Positions 27,721-37,412 of a stretch of 64,000 nucleotides of DNA are shown piece by piece. The notes under the pieces are model-generated. The model was not told where the DNA came from. It saw nothing but the letters and a program-made list of their open reading frames with translations, and ran no database searches. Made by a program: the position numbers and the translations under genes. Position 1 is the stretch's first letter; the number at the start of each line of letters is the position of its first letter. The stretch lies in NCBI GenBank assembly GCA_964469335.1, contig CAYXYK010000002.1, forward strand, positions 189,549 to 253,548, in the 5' to 3' direction. The DNA comes from an uncultured Candidatus Saccharibacteria bacterium. Its GTDB lineage: Bacteria > Patescibacteriota > Minisyncoccia > Phycocordibacterales > UBA6899.

Positions 27721-30588
27721 TTATGTCTGTGGCGGCGGGATAGATGTCGCCGGCGTTACAGGAGGTGGGGGTATCGAGGTTGGGGATTCCGGTAACGAGA
27801 CAGCTCCCTGTGGGGGTATTGGCATGAACTGGTCGGGTTGCACCGATGCCAAAGATGCGGGATTCTGGCCATTTCCCGGCAAATTAGAGACTGAAGTTAC
27901 TTCTGGGATGTGAATAGAGTTGAAAGCAAGGGCATTGGGCATGCGCTTGTCTACCGGGGTAGTCGCGAGTTCGTGATCACTAACACCCTTCAGCTCTGGG
28001 AAGTCATCAAGGGTAAATTCGAGACTCGCACCGGGAAGCAGTTTCCCTGAGATGATCTTTTCAGCAACTTTCTGCTCCACCAATTCTTGTACCGCTCGGG
28101 CCATCGGGCGAGCACCCATGTCCGGATCAACACCGTGTGCGAGCAGTGCTTGGATGATGACGTCATTAATCACCAAACTCACACTTTTCTCACGTAGACG
28201 TTTCTGTAATTTTTTGAGCATGAACTCCGCGATGATCTTGTACTCGGGGACTGTCAGTGGATGGAAGAGAATGATACCGTCAAAACGATTGAAGAGTTCA
28301 GGTTTGATCTTCCCTTGCTCGATAATTTGGTCGAGTATCTCTTTCTTTACCGTATCGAGGTTTTTCCCTTCTTTGATCGCTGCACGAATAAGCGGAGCAC
28401 CGGCATTCGAAGTCGCTATAAAAATAGTATTCCGCGCATTTACTTTCCTTCCCTGCGCATCATGGAAGATACCTTCATCGAAGATCTGCATGAAGACGTC
28501 GAGTACTTTGGTGTTGGTCTTCTCGAACTCATCAAGAAGCACTACGCCATACGGCTGTTCTTTCAGGAGGACAGGCAAAGCGCCAGGGGTTCCATCCATC
28601 GAACCGATCATACGTGACAATCCATCCTCTCCCTGGTATTCGGTCATGTCGAGTCTGCCCATCGCACCTTCACTTCCGAAATACACATTCGCTAGCGCTT
28701 TCGCTGTTTCGGTCTTTCCTACACCAGTCGGACCGAGGAAAAGGAAGTTCCCTATCGGACGCTCCATACTACGCACCCCGGCGCGAGCGCGGCGCATTGC
28801 ATTGGCGATGATCTCAACTGCCTGTACTTGCCCTACCACCTGCTTCTTCATCAGTTCCTCGAGATTCATCAGGCGGATACGTTCTTCGTCCGAGATGTTG
28901 CCAACGGGGATATTGGTCTTTTTTCGGATGAATTCGAGCACGTCCATCTTTTTGATCAGGTGTCCTCCCTTCGCCAGCATCGTCGGTACAAGTTCGACCA
29001 TCAGGTCTATCGCCTTGTCTGGCATCACTCCGTCAGAAAAATAATGCTCTGCCCCTTTGATGATCTCTACAACGGCGGGGTATGTGAAATACACTGGGTT
29101 CCGGCGTTCGGTCGCTTCGGCAACTTCTTCCAATATGCGAAGTAGGGACTCTTCAGGAGGTTCTGTGAGTACGACCTTCTCAAAGCGCTGCATGATCGCA
29201 TTGTTCGGCTCTATGTACTGATGGAAACGGGCATTATCCGCGGTCGCAATCACCTGAAGTGAACTACCAGTCAAATAGGCATCGAGGAGACTCATGACAT
29301 CCGAGTCCAGAGCGAGACCACTTTGTATGAAGCCAGGGAGATCCTCGATGACAAGGATGATATTGCCGGCTTTCACTGCATCATTAAGTAGCTTAATGAG
29401 TCCTGTTTCAAGGGATTGTTTATCCTTCATCCCTGCGATAAAACTCTTCGCATCGAACGCCATTACGCGACGATGTTTCAACTTCGGGTTTGTATAGCCG
29501 TTGGTGATATCGCGCGCGAAGTCCAAGATAACATCCATCTTTCCACTGCCTTCCTCCCCGACAAGAATAGCATTCGCCTCTTTTTCTCTCGAGAGCACTA
29601 TTTCGATCTGCTTGATCTGCTCATTGCCATAAACGAAAGCGAAATTCGAACCACCGCCAATAGCTTTACTCGACAGGTCAGTACCGTATTTCCCAAGGAC
29701 ATATGCACCTCCGTAAGCGAATTCAGATCCGAAAGATTTCGATTGTCCGAGAGCGGTCTTTCCCCAGAAACGCTGTTTCTGTTTCTTTTTCTTGATCGAA
29801 CGTTCGACCCACTCGGCAGGACCTATCAGTTCGCGTTTTCGTACCCCGAGTTCGAAAATGAACTGATAGAAGTCAGGGTCCTTCTCTACAATAATGTCGG
29901 CTAAATCGCGCAATGTGAACGTCTGACGCAGGTCACTCTCGAGCTCATTCCAGTTCACAACAGTTTTTCTGTTCTTCAGGTAGTCATCGATGGTCACGTC
30001 CGCGATCCCAGCACGTCTTGTGATATTGCGACCGTATTTTGAAAGGCAGAAACTCTTCAAGAGATCTCCGTGTTTCGTCTCGTAATAGATATCGCACACC
30101 TCATAGTTCGGGGTGGAATACGGCGTTTGGGCCCCTGTCACGCCACGCTCAAGCAGGCCTTCGACATAGTAGAAATATGAACGCGAGTAGAACGATAGCA
30201 TTTTCATCAAGAGCCATACCGCAAGCGCGATGAGAAAGATACCGTTGCCTTTAGCGCTTTCAGGATCAAGTGGAATCTCGGTTTCTTTGATCCCTGGAAT
30301 GAGAGCTGGGAGGGATGTGGTCTTGGGTACAGTGACCGTTGTTTCACTTTGAATGACGATGGTCTTGCTCGGAGCATCCATAACATCCATTTTGGGCACG
30401 ACGATCCCCGTCGCAAGACGCTTTTGCACGAACGGCGCCAGCATCACGCCCAAGTAGATGAGCACAATAGTACCAGCAAGAATAGAAATGATATTACGTA
30501 TCTTCCGAGGAAAAGTATGCTCGAGAACGATACCTCTCGAGAAGCGGTAGTTCGGGTCTCTCCAGAATGTGTCATCGAATCCGAACAT
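27721..30588 (-). CDS. Membrane-anchored double-AAA+ ATPase of the ClpA/ClpB/ClpC family
   Basis: 955 aa. ~280-aa N-terminal region with two TM helices replaces the usual Clp N-domain. D1 has an atypical Walker A (LVGEEGSGKMDV) and Walker B (ILVIEDLPG). D2 is canonical: GPTGVGKTETAKALA, VVLLDEFEKT, ATSNAG, GARPMARAVQ. No IGF/LGF ClpP loop is seen, and the tail is Pro-rich (SIPPPPVTPATSIPPPQT). Confidence 0.8.
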   Translation of the reverse strand: MFGFDDTFWRDPNYRFSRGIVLEHTFPRKIRNIISILAGTIVLIYLGVMLAPFVQKRLATGIVVPKMDVMDAPSKTIVIQSETTVTVPKTTSLPALIPGIKETEIPLDPESAKGNGIFLIALAVWLLMKMLSFYSRSYFYYVEGLLERGVTGAQTPYSTPNYEVCDIYYETKHGDLLKSFCLSKYGRNITRRAGIADVTIDDYLKNRKTVVNWNELESDLRQTFTLRDLADIIVEKDPDFYQFIFELGVRKRELIGPAEWVERSIKKKKQKQRFWGKTALGQSKSFGSEFAYGGAYVLGKYGTDLSSKAIGGGSNFAFVYGNEQIKQIEIVLSREKEANAILVGEEGSGKMDVILDFARDITNGYTNPKLKHRRVMAFDAKSFIAGMKDKQSLETGLIKLLNDAVKAGNIILVIEDLPGFIQSGLALDSDVMSLLDAYLTGSSLQVIATADNARFHQYIEPNNAIMQRFEKVVLTEPPEESLLRILEEVAEATERRNPVYFTYPAVVEIIKGAEHYFSDGVMPDKAIDLMVELVPTMLAKGGHLIKKMDVLEFIRKKTNIPVGNISDEERIRLMNLEELMKKQVVGQVQAVEIIANAMRRARAGVRSMERPIGNFLFLGPTGVGKTETAKALANVYFGSEGAMGRLDMTEYQGEDGLSRMIGSMDGTPGALPVLLKEQPYGVVLLDEFEKTNTKVLDVFMQIFDEGIFHDAQGRKVNARNTIFIATSNAGAPLIRAAIKEGKNLDTVKKEILDQIIEQGKIKPELFNRFDGIILFHPLTVPEYKIIAEFMLKKLQKRLREKSVSLVINDVIIQALLAHGVDPDMGARPMARAVQELVEQKVAEKIISGKLLPGASLEFTLDDFPELKGVSDHELATTPVDKRMPNALAFNSIHIPEVTSVSNLPGNGQNPASLASVQPDQFMPIPPQGAVSLPESPTSIPPPPVTPATSIPPPQT

Positions 30589-30589
30589 A

Positions 30590-30982
30590 CTATGAGAGGA
30601 GTGAACTTATTCCATTAAGCAAGAAGCTGACAATCAGAACCGGGAGTGTGAGCCATAACGCAAGAAACATTAGCCCTCCGATGATGACAGTTGTGAAACC
30701 GAGGAATGCGGCGGTGATGATGGCGGAGCGAAGAAAGAATCCGACAAGACGCATGATGATATTCACCACAAGCCCCGAGAAGAACTGTTCGGGGTGAAGC
30801 AAGATGCTCCCACGCTCTTCCTGAAGTCTCTTGAAGGGTGCAAAAAGGCTTTTTAACACATCTGGAACGGAAAATAGATGATTCACGAACCACAAGTAAT
30901 TCCACCAGATATGGAGGAAATCGGTGATCGCCATACTGTAATGCCACACCAGGTAGTTCTTGGCGATGGATACGATGTTCAT
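30590..30982 (-). CDS. Small polytopic membrane protein, upstream partner of the Clp-like ATPase
   Basis: 130 aa with 3-4 TM helices. Its stop is 1 nt from the ATPase start codon, indicating an operon. Confidence 0.5.
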   Translation of the reverse strand: MNIVSIAKNYLVWHYSMAITDFLHIWWNYLWFVNHLFSVPDVLKSLFAPFKRLQEERGSILLHPEQFFSGLVVNIIMRLVGFFLRSAIITAAFLGFTTVIIGGLMFLALWLTLPVLIVSFLLNGISSLLS

Positions 30983-31093
30983 GTAAAAATTATATCACGG
31001 AGCTGGCGAGCGCACAGCAATTCGGTTTTACAAAGTGCATACTTAGCTCCATACGTATCAATTCCCATATGTGTTAGTTCAGAAAAACAGTGA

Positions 31094-31960
31094 CTACTTG
31101 TAGAAGATCTTGTTGCCGAAGCGCAGATCGATCTCCCTCACCCCCTTCCCTTTATCGGGAGTCTTTTCGAGGTTCTCAAGCACGACACCAAGATTTGCGA
31201 TCGTCCTATCCGGTTCTTTGCTCGTGGCAAGCAGAAGTACCCATGGCATGCCAACTTCGGCGCGAATATCCCCGCCACCAAGGAGTGTTACTGAATGAGT
31301 GGTGAGTCCGACCCGAGAAAGATCATCGATATACATTCGTATACGCGAGTAGGCATCTTCTGTGAGCACAGTGGTCCCTATCGGAGACTGATGAGTGACC
31401 GCTTCTTCAGTGGAAGATGCAACGATCGCAACGAATGGATATCCGATGTACTCGGGGGCCTCAGCGTACACGTATCCATCCACATCAGCAAAATAGCAAT
31501 CCTTCGGCTGGTATTCCGAAGGAGAACTTGAAGAAGTCGTGGGGAGGAGGTCGCTTCGCATGCAGTAAAGGAAGTTCGGAGTGTATTCAGTAATGATCAC
31601 TCGCATGTGGTGGTGCGAATCGAATGCCGTTTTCACATTAGCGATACGTGGAGACAGTGATTTCACTGCTCGTTCCATCTCCATCACGGGGAAGAGTATC
31701 TGATTATTTCTTTTCACCCAAAAAAGAATTGTATCGTCGAGATGAGCGACTGCGACATTCTTGATACCTTCCTCTGAGATTGCATGCGCTCCCTCTACGG
31801 TGACTGATGTGATATGAAGTGCAGGACGGAGCGATATCCATGCACACAAAAGAAAGACCGCATACAACGTGATGATCGTATAGCCAATATACGCAAACGT
31901 TTTGTCGATCTTGCGCATCCGTGACCGCTTCGATTTAAGAGTCTTTCTGCGAAGCGCCAT
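31094..31960 (-). CDS. ftsQ: Cell division protein FtsQ/DivIB-like (POTRA domain)
   Basis: Basic N-terminus, a single TM helix, then LHITSVTVEGAHAISEEGI (POTRA start) and a beta domain; 288 aa. Confidence 0.65.
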   Translation of the reverse strand: MALRRKTLKSKRSRMRKIDKTFAYIGYTIITLYAVFLLCAWISLRPALHITSVTVEGAHAISEEGIKNVAVAHLDDTILFWVKRNNQILFPVMEMERAVKSLSPRIANVKTAFDSHHHMRVIITEYTPNFLYCMRSDLLPTTSSSSPSEYQPKDCYFADVDGYVYAEAPEYIGYPFVAIVASSTEEAVTHQSPIGTTVLTEDAYSRIRMYIDDLSRVGLTTHSVTLLGGGDIRAEVGMPWVLLLATSKEPDRTIANLGVVLENLEKTPDKGKGVREIDLRFGNKIFYK

Positions 31961-31981
31961 GAATATGCCCAGTGAGGGTTC

Positions 31982-33244
31982 TTATCCGATGACTGACTTG
32001 CCCATATAGGGAACGAGTGCGTCAGGGACACGGATGGTGCCGTCCGGTTGTTGATAATTCTCGATGATTGAGACGAGGATACGCGGCGTAGGAATTGCCG
32101 TGCAGTTGAGCGAGTGCGCAAAACGCATCTTCCCCGCTTCATCGCGATACCGAGTGTTGAGCCGTCGTGTTTGGAAATCGTGGAAGTAAGAGGCAGAACT
32201 GATCTCACGGTACTTGCTCTCTCCCGGTACCCACAATTCAATATCATATTTCTTGACTTGCCCGAGTCCAAGATCACCGCCGCAATTCACTACGGTGTGA
32301 TATGGGATATTGAGGAGCTCAATGAATTCTTCCGTGTTACGGTTTATCTCTTCGTGAAGTTTGACTGAAGTCTCGTGTGAGCCTTCACAGAGCACAACCT
32401 GTTCCCACTTGAAAAATTCATGGACACGAATAAGACCGCGTGTATCCTTGCCGTGTGCACCTGCCTCGCGGCGGAAGCAGGGAGAAAATGCAAGAAACTT
32501 GATCGGACCCTTCGAGAGATCGATTGTTTCGTCCATGTAGTAGCCCATGGTCGCCACCTCGCCTGTGCCGGCAAGGAAATCGCCATCCTGGGTCTTATAA
32601 AGATCATCTTCTCCTTGTGGGAGATATCCAGTACCAAGGAATGTCTCGCGACGCACCAGCGAGGGTACGAGCATCGGGATGAAAGACTTCTGACTCCAGT
32701 GCTTGAGTGCCAACTGCCAGACAGCATTCGCAAGCATCACACCATCACCCTTGAGGAAGTAGCCGCGAAAACCTGCGACCTTCGTCCCACGCTCGAAATC
32801 AACCATGCCGTGCCGTTCCATCAACTCAATGTGACTCTTTGCTTCAAAATCGAATTTCGTAGGCTCACCCCAGCGTTTCACCTCCTGATTGTCCTCATCA
32901 CCTCCGCCATCCGGAACAGATATGTCAGGAACGTTAGGAACTTGAAGCATCAGTGAGCGCCAAATTTCCATCACTTGTTTCAGTTCTTCCTCTTTATCGG
33001 CAATCGTATCCTTAAAGGTCTTCATTCTATCGATCATCCCCTGTCGTTCTGTCTGGTCGGAAGCACGGGCGATTTTTTCGGTGAAACTATTCTGCTCGGC
33101 GCGCATCGACTCAACTTCAGTGAGAAGCGTCGAGCGTTTCTCCTCTGCGGCGATAAGACTGTCTACATCGAAATCGATATGTTTCTTCTTTGCAGCAGAT
33201 TTTATAAGGTCCGGATTTTCGCGGATGAATTTGATATCTAACAT
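31982..33244 (-). CDS. serS: Seryl-tRNA synthetase
   Basis: N-terminal coiled-coil arm plus class-II motifs (FRREAGAHGKDTRGLIRVHEF, GESKYREISS, ALVPYMGK). Confidence 0.95.
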   Translation of the reverse strand: MLDIKFIRENPDLIKSAAKKKHIDFDVDSLIAAEEKRSTLLTEVESMRAEQNSFTEKIARASDQTERQGMIDRMKTFKDTIADKEEELKQVMEIWRSLMLQVPNVPDISVPDGGGDEDNQEVKRWGEPTKFDFEAKSHIELMERHGMVDFERGTKVAGFRGYFLKGDGVMLANAVWQLALKHWSQKSFIPMLVPSLVRRETFLGTGYLPQGEDDLYKTQDGDFLAGTGEVATMGYYMDETIDLSKGPIKFLAFSPCFRREAGAHGKDTRGLIRVHEFFKWEQVVLCEGSHETSVKLHEEINRNTEEFIELLNIPYHTVVNCGGDLGLGQVKKYDIELWVPGESKYREISSASYFHDFQTRRLNTRYRDEAGKMRFAHSLNCTAIPTPRILVSIIENYQQPDGTIRVPDALVPYMGKSVIG

Positions 33245-33325
33245 ATGAAAACATCATAACAAAAGGTGGGTTTTTTCCAAAATATATGAAATTGAGACCG
33301 AGGAATTCCTCGGTCTCAAGGGGTC

Positions 33326-33646
33326 TCACTGACGCCGCACTACTTCTGACGGAGCAACAGTCTGACGGTACAAATGTGCGTTAACGAGGTCGATGCCTTC
33401 GTCGAGCATCCCGGAGCGGTATGCCCCTATCGCCACGCAAACATGCTGCACGAGAGCAGTCATGTTCTCGAGGACTTGGAGCGCCCCGTCGACACGGTCT
33501 TTGACAGCAAGGAGTCGCGACACCTCTTCTTCGGATCGACGTGGGTCGTGCTTCGCAAGCAGCACTGCGAGTTCTTCTTGTTCGAGACAAAGGGCAGCGA
33601 CCGCCCGTACCAGTTCACTGGGGGTAGGTTTTGGCAAACAGTACAT
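33326..33646 (-). CDS. Hypothetical protein (106 aa) in a locally GC-rich patch
   Basis: Good SD (AAGGAG, 6 nt upstream of ATG 33646) and a perfect palindromic terminator (GAGACCGAGGAATTCCTCGGTCTC) after the stop. Helical, balanced composition. The local GC appears higher than the flanks, so all six frames are open here. Confidence 0.55.
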   Translation of the reverse strand: MYCLPKPTPSELVRAVAALCLEQEELAVLLAKHDPRRSEEEVSRLLAVKDRVDGALQVLENMTALVQHVCVAIGAYRSGMLDEGIDLVNAHLYRQTVAPSEVVRRQ

Positions 33647-33786
33647 TTTGGTCTCCTTAGTGGCTTCAGTTACGGGAGATACGCTTCCGAGCAGATTAAT
33701 TCACGCAGAATCAGTGCTGTCAAGATTCACAGCGTTGTTTGAGGGTGTAGTTTCACTCTATATATACATGTAGTGATGAGCAAAGC

Positions 33787-34644
33787 ATGAAGATCGTGAA
33801 ACTCACAGAAGAGGAATTCCCTATCCAGCTCGCTGAAACCCCAGAACCACCGAAGGAGCTCTGGCGGTCGGGACAACTACCACCTCAAGACAGTGTCCTC
33901 CTTACGGTAGTCGGCGCACGCAAGCATTCAGCATATGGGAAGGAAGCATGCGAGTCACTTATCAGAGGGCTCTCAGGGTATGGCATCGTGATCGTCTCAG
34001 GACTTGCACTCGGCATTGATACCATCGCGCATCGTGCCGCAATGGAAGCAGGCCTTCTCACTCTTGCCGTTCCCGGGTCAGGTCTGGATCCTAGAGTGCT
34101 ATACCCACGCTCAAACCTGCGCCTGGCTGAAGAAATCGTGGAGAGTGGAGGGTCACTGCTTTCAGAATTTCCTCCATCGACTCCTGCTGCACCATGGACG
34201 TTCCCCAAACGTAACCGCATCATGGCGGGACTTGCAAAAGCAACACTGGTGATCGAAGCAGAGCAGCGTTCTGGAACCCTCATTACCTCAAGACTCGCGA
34301 CTGATTACAACCGCGATGTCTTCGCAGTGCCCGGAGAGATATTCTCTCCGCTCTCAGCAGGACCGAACATGCTCATTGCCCTCGGAGCAACTCCCACTCA
34401 CGAAAGCGCAGACATCATACGCGCACTCGGATTCGCTTTCGATGAACACGAGACTGCTCGGCGTGATTACTCCTCCCTCCCGCAAGACCAGCGTGCAGTG
34501 ATCAAAGCACTCACTTCCATGAAGTACCGAGAGCAGTTGATTGAAGAACTCGGCTGTTCCCCCAGCGACGGGAACATTCTGCTCATGAAAATGGAAATCG
34601 CAGGGCTGATCACTGAAACAGCACATGGTATCCGTAGGGCGTGA
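33787..34644 (+). CDS. dprA: DNA processing protein DprA (Smf)
   Basis: Rossmann-like core (VVGARKHSAYG, IVSGLALGIDTIAHRAAM, VIEAEQRSGTLITSRLA) and the classic dprA-topA linkage. Confidence 0.85.
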   Translation: MKIVKLTEEEFPIQLAETPEPPKELWRSGQLPPQDSVLLTVVGARKHSAYGKEACESLIRGLSGYGIVIVSGLALGIDTIAHRAAMEAGLLTLAVPGSGLDPRVLYPRSNLRLAEEIVESGGSLLSEFPPSTPAAPWTFPKRNRIMAGLAKATLVIEAEQRSGTLITSRLATDYNRDVFAVPGEIFSPLSAGPNMLIALGATPTHESADIIRALGFAFDEHETARRDYSSLPQDQRAVIKALTSMKYREQLIEELGCSPSDGNILLMKMEIAGLITETAHGIRRA

Positions 34645-34898
34645 CACAGATTGACGACATTGGGGTATGGCTCAACTCGACTGTCTACAATGCAGCGATG
34701 CAGGAAAAACTCGCTGATCAAAAGATCAATTTGGTCTTGAACTCCATCCGAAAGAAATGAGACGTGCTTCGGCACAACCGCGAGGCTGTGCTGTTCTTTC
34801 TTGCCAGTTCTCTGAAGCAAAACATGATCGTAGAAATAACTTTCACGCAGTGCTGGATTTGCAAAAATAATTTACGCGTGATACTCATATACAAAACT

Positions 34899-37109
34899 AT
34901 GAGCACCGCAATGTCGAAAAAGATACTTGTCATCGTTGAGTCACCCTCGAAAGCAAAGACGATCGAAAAGTATCTCGGCGATGAGTACATCGTACGCGCT
35001 TCAGTCGGACACATTCGCGATCTTCCCAAGTCCAATAAGAAAGCCATCGATATCGAAGGCGATTTCGAGCCGCACTACGAGATATCACCGGGAAAAGACA
35101 AAGTGGTCGCTGAGCTACGCGATATCGCAAAAGTGACGAAAGAAGTGCTCCTCGCCACTGACCCCGACCGCGAAGGAGAGGCGATCGCTTGGCATATCGC
35201 TGATGCACTTGGACTCAAGAAAGCGAAGCGTATCGTCTTCCATGAAATTACCGAGAGTGCGATCAAAGAAGCTGTCTCTCACCCACGCAATATTGATGAC
35301 AATTTGAAAAGCGCACAGGAAGCACGCCGCGTACTTGACCGCTTGGTAGGATATGACCTTTCAGGACTTATTTGGAAAAAAGTACGTTATGGACTTTCCG
35401 CGGGGAGAGTACAGTCCCCCGCACTGCGCATCATCATGGAACGTGAACGTGAGATCCGCGCGTTCATTCCTGAGACATTTTGGCGACTACGTGCACAAGT
35501 GACCACCCCACACAAAGTCGAATTCGAGCTTTTATGCTCTGAAGAACCGCGCGATAAGGCACTTGTCGACAAGATCATCAAGGAAGGGAGAAAAAAACAG
35601 TGGAAGGTGCTCGAAGTTAAGGAAAGTGAAGCTTCTCGTGCTCCGCGCGCACCATTCACGACCTCAACACTTCAACAGACCGCGAGTACGCGTCTCGGCT
35701 ATTCCCCTTCCAACACCATGCGCATCGCGCAGAAACTCTATGAAGGTGGTTTCATCAGCTATATGCGAACCGATAGTACCAATCTTTCGAAACAGGCACA
35801 GGATGAAATCGTTGCTTTCATTAACAAAGAGTACGGAGCGGCGCTCGCTGCCCCTCAAACGTACAAGACTAAGTCGAAGAATGCGCAAGAAGCGCATGAG
35901 GCAATTAGGCCTACTAACGTGACAAAAAAGAGCGCAGGTCGCACACCTGACGAGCAAAAGCTGTATAAACTCATCTGGGCCCGCGCAGTGGCATCACAAA
36001 TGAAGGATGCGACGATGCTGCGGACGAAGGTCGTTGCAAACTACGAAGGAGCCGGGGGCGAGATCCCAGATTTCCAAGCAAACGGCTCGAGACTCCTTTC
36101 GCCCGGATGGCTTACGGCTGACCCTGACGCTCAAGGCGAAGAAGTGATGCTACCAAAAGTCACTGCCGGTGATGTACTCACGCTTCGCGACCTCGCCGCA
36201 GAAGAAAAACAGACTGAGCCGCCTTCTCGTTATACCGAAGCTGGTCTCGTCAAAGAACTTGAGAAACGCGACATCGGTCGTCCTTCTACATATGCCTCGA
36301 TCATCAAGACCATCGTTGACCGGGGTTATGTATCGAAGGAAGGAAAAACACTTAAACCGACCGACACGGGCGATGTGGTCAGCTCGTTCCTAGAGAAATA
36401 TTTCACTTCATACATCAGCGACACCTTCACTGCGGAGATGGAGCAGAAGCTTGATAATATCGCGGAAGGAAATGCGAAATACGCAAAGGTGTTAAAAGAC
36501 TTCTATGGACCATTTCTCAAAGAAGTGAAGTTGAAAGATAAGGAAGTGGATAAAGTCACAAATCTCGGTGCAGGCGACGCAGCATTCCCCTGCCCGAAGT
36601 GTGGCAGCACAATGATCATCAAACTCGGAAAGAACGGGCGTTTCCTTTCTTGCAGTACGTTCCCTACTTGTGATGGTCTCCGAGGAATCGACGGTAAGGA
36701 AATCGAAGGCCCGAAACCGACAGGTGAAAAGTGTCCGAAGTGCGAAAAAGGAGATCTCATCGAGCGAGAAGGAAGATTCGGAAGATTCATCGCCTGCGCA
36801 AACTATCCGAAGTGTAAGTTCATCAAGAAAGACGTGAATCTCAATCCGGTAGTCTCAAGCGGAGTGAAGTGTAATGTCTGCAAGAAAGATGCCGACATGA
36901 TCGAGCGTCGCGGACGTTTCGGGATCTTCTGGAGTTGTGCAAATTACCCCGAGTGCAAACATGCGATCAAGGCAAAGCCGACCGGAAACATATGCCCGAT
37001 GTGCCAATCATTAATGATGGAAGGCACAAAAACGATCCCTGAACGATGTTCGAACAAAGCATGCGTGAATCATAACCCGCACAAACTCGAGAAGAAAGGA
37101 AAAAAGTAA
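34899..37109 (+). CDS. topA: DNA topoisomerase I
   Basis: Toprim start MSKKILVIVESPSKAKTIEKYLG, the catalytic Tyr region and four C-terminal C4 zinc ribbons (CPKCGSTM..C..C; CPKCEKG...C..C; CNVCKKD...C..C; CPMCQ...C). Start set at ATG 34899 (alternative 34911); the track ORF starts upstream. Confidence 0.9.
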   Translation: MSTAMSKKILVIVESPSKAKTIEKYLGDEYIVRASVGHIRDLPKSNKKAIDIEGDFEPHYEISPGKDKVVAELRDIAKVTKEVLLATDPDREGEAIAWHIADALGLKKAKRIVFHEITESAIKEAVSHPRNIDDNLKSAQEARRVLDRLVGYDLSGLIWKKVRYGLSAGRVQSPALRIIMEREREIRAFIPETFWRLRAQVTTPHKVEFELLCSEEPRDKALVDKIIKEGRKKQWKVLEVKESEASRAPRAPFTTSTLQQTASTRLGYSPSNTMRIAQKLYEGGFISYMRTDSTNLSKQAQDEIVAFINKEYGAALAAPQTYKTKSKNAQEAHEAIRPTNVTKKSAGRTPDEQKLYKLIWARAVASQMKDATMLRTKVVANYEGAGGEIPDFQANGSRLLSPGWLTADPDAQGEEVMLPKVTAGDVLTLRDLAAEEKQTEPPSRYTEAGLVKELEKRDIGRPSTYASIIKTIVDRGYVSKEGKTLKPTDTGDVVSSFLEKYFTSYISDTFTAEMEQKLDNIAEGNAKYAKVLKDFYGPFLKEVKLKDKEVDKVTNLGAGDAAFPCPKCGSTMIIKLGKNGRFLSCSTFPTCDGLRGIDGKEIEGPKPTGEKCPKCEKGDLIEREGRFGRFIACANYPKCKFIKKDVNLNPVVSSGVKCNVCKKDADMIERRGRFGIFWSCANYPECKHAIKAKPTGNICPMCQSLMMEGTKTIPERCSNKACVNHNPHKLEKKGKK

Positions 37110-37132
37110 AAACCGCCCTCAGGCGGTTTTTT
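37108..37132. terminator. Bidirectional intrinsic terminator (AAAACCGCCCTCAGGCGGTTTTTT) between topA and the convergent small gene
   Basis: GC stem flanked by an A-tract and a T-tract. Confidence 0.7.
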
Positions 37133-37322
37133 CGACAGGGTGGATCATTGAGGCGAGACTAATGTAGTTCGCTATGACCCAAATAGCGGCGCATCCGACT
37201 ATGACAGAAACAAGGATGGCGAGCTCGGGGGAACGAAAGAAGACGTTCAATCCTGCGAGAATGATCAGAACGAAGCAGAGAAAGAGGTCAATCGTTCTTC
37301 CGATATGAGGCAGATAGTCCAT
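37119..37322 (-). CDS. Small two-TM membrane protein (67 aa)
   Basis: AAGGA 8 nt upstream of the ATG and two hydrophobic helices. Confidence 0.5.
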   Translation of the reverse strand: MDYLPHIGRTIDLFLCFVLIILAGLNVFFRSPELAILVSVIVGCAAIWVIANYISLASMIHPVEKTA

Positions 37323-37412
37323 GACAATTCCTTCTAGGAGAAGTTGATCTGAAACAAGTGTAAGGCTGGTGTTGCCATTGTCAAACCTTCTCTATTATGT
37401 TTCTATCAGGAA

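Noticed and set aside
28052-29044. 330-aa plus-strand ORF
   Set aside because: Antisense to the strongly supported Clp-like AAA+ gene, with Ser/Arg/Ile-rich low-complexity composition. It is a shadow ORF.
33374-33773. Two overlapping plus-strand ORFs (122 and 126 aa) and a minus-strand 69-aa ORF in the GC-rich patch
   Set aside because: Open frames are a by-product of local high GC. They have Arg/Ser/Ala-rich composition and no RBS, whereas the minus-strand 106-aa gene has AAGGAG and a terminator.
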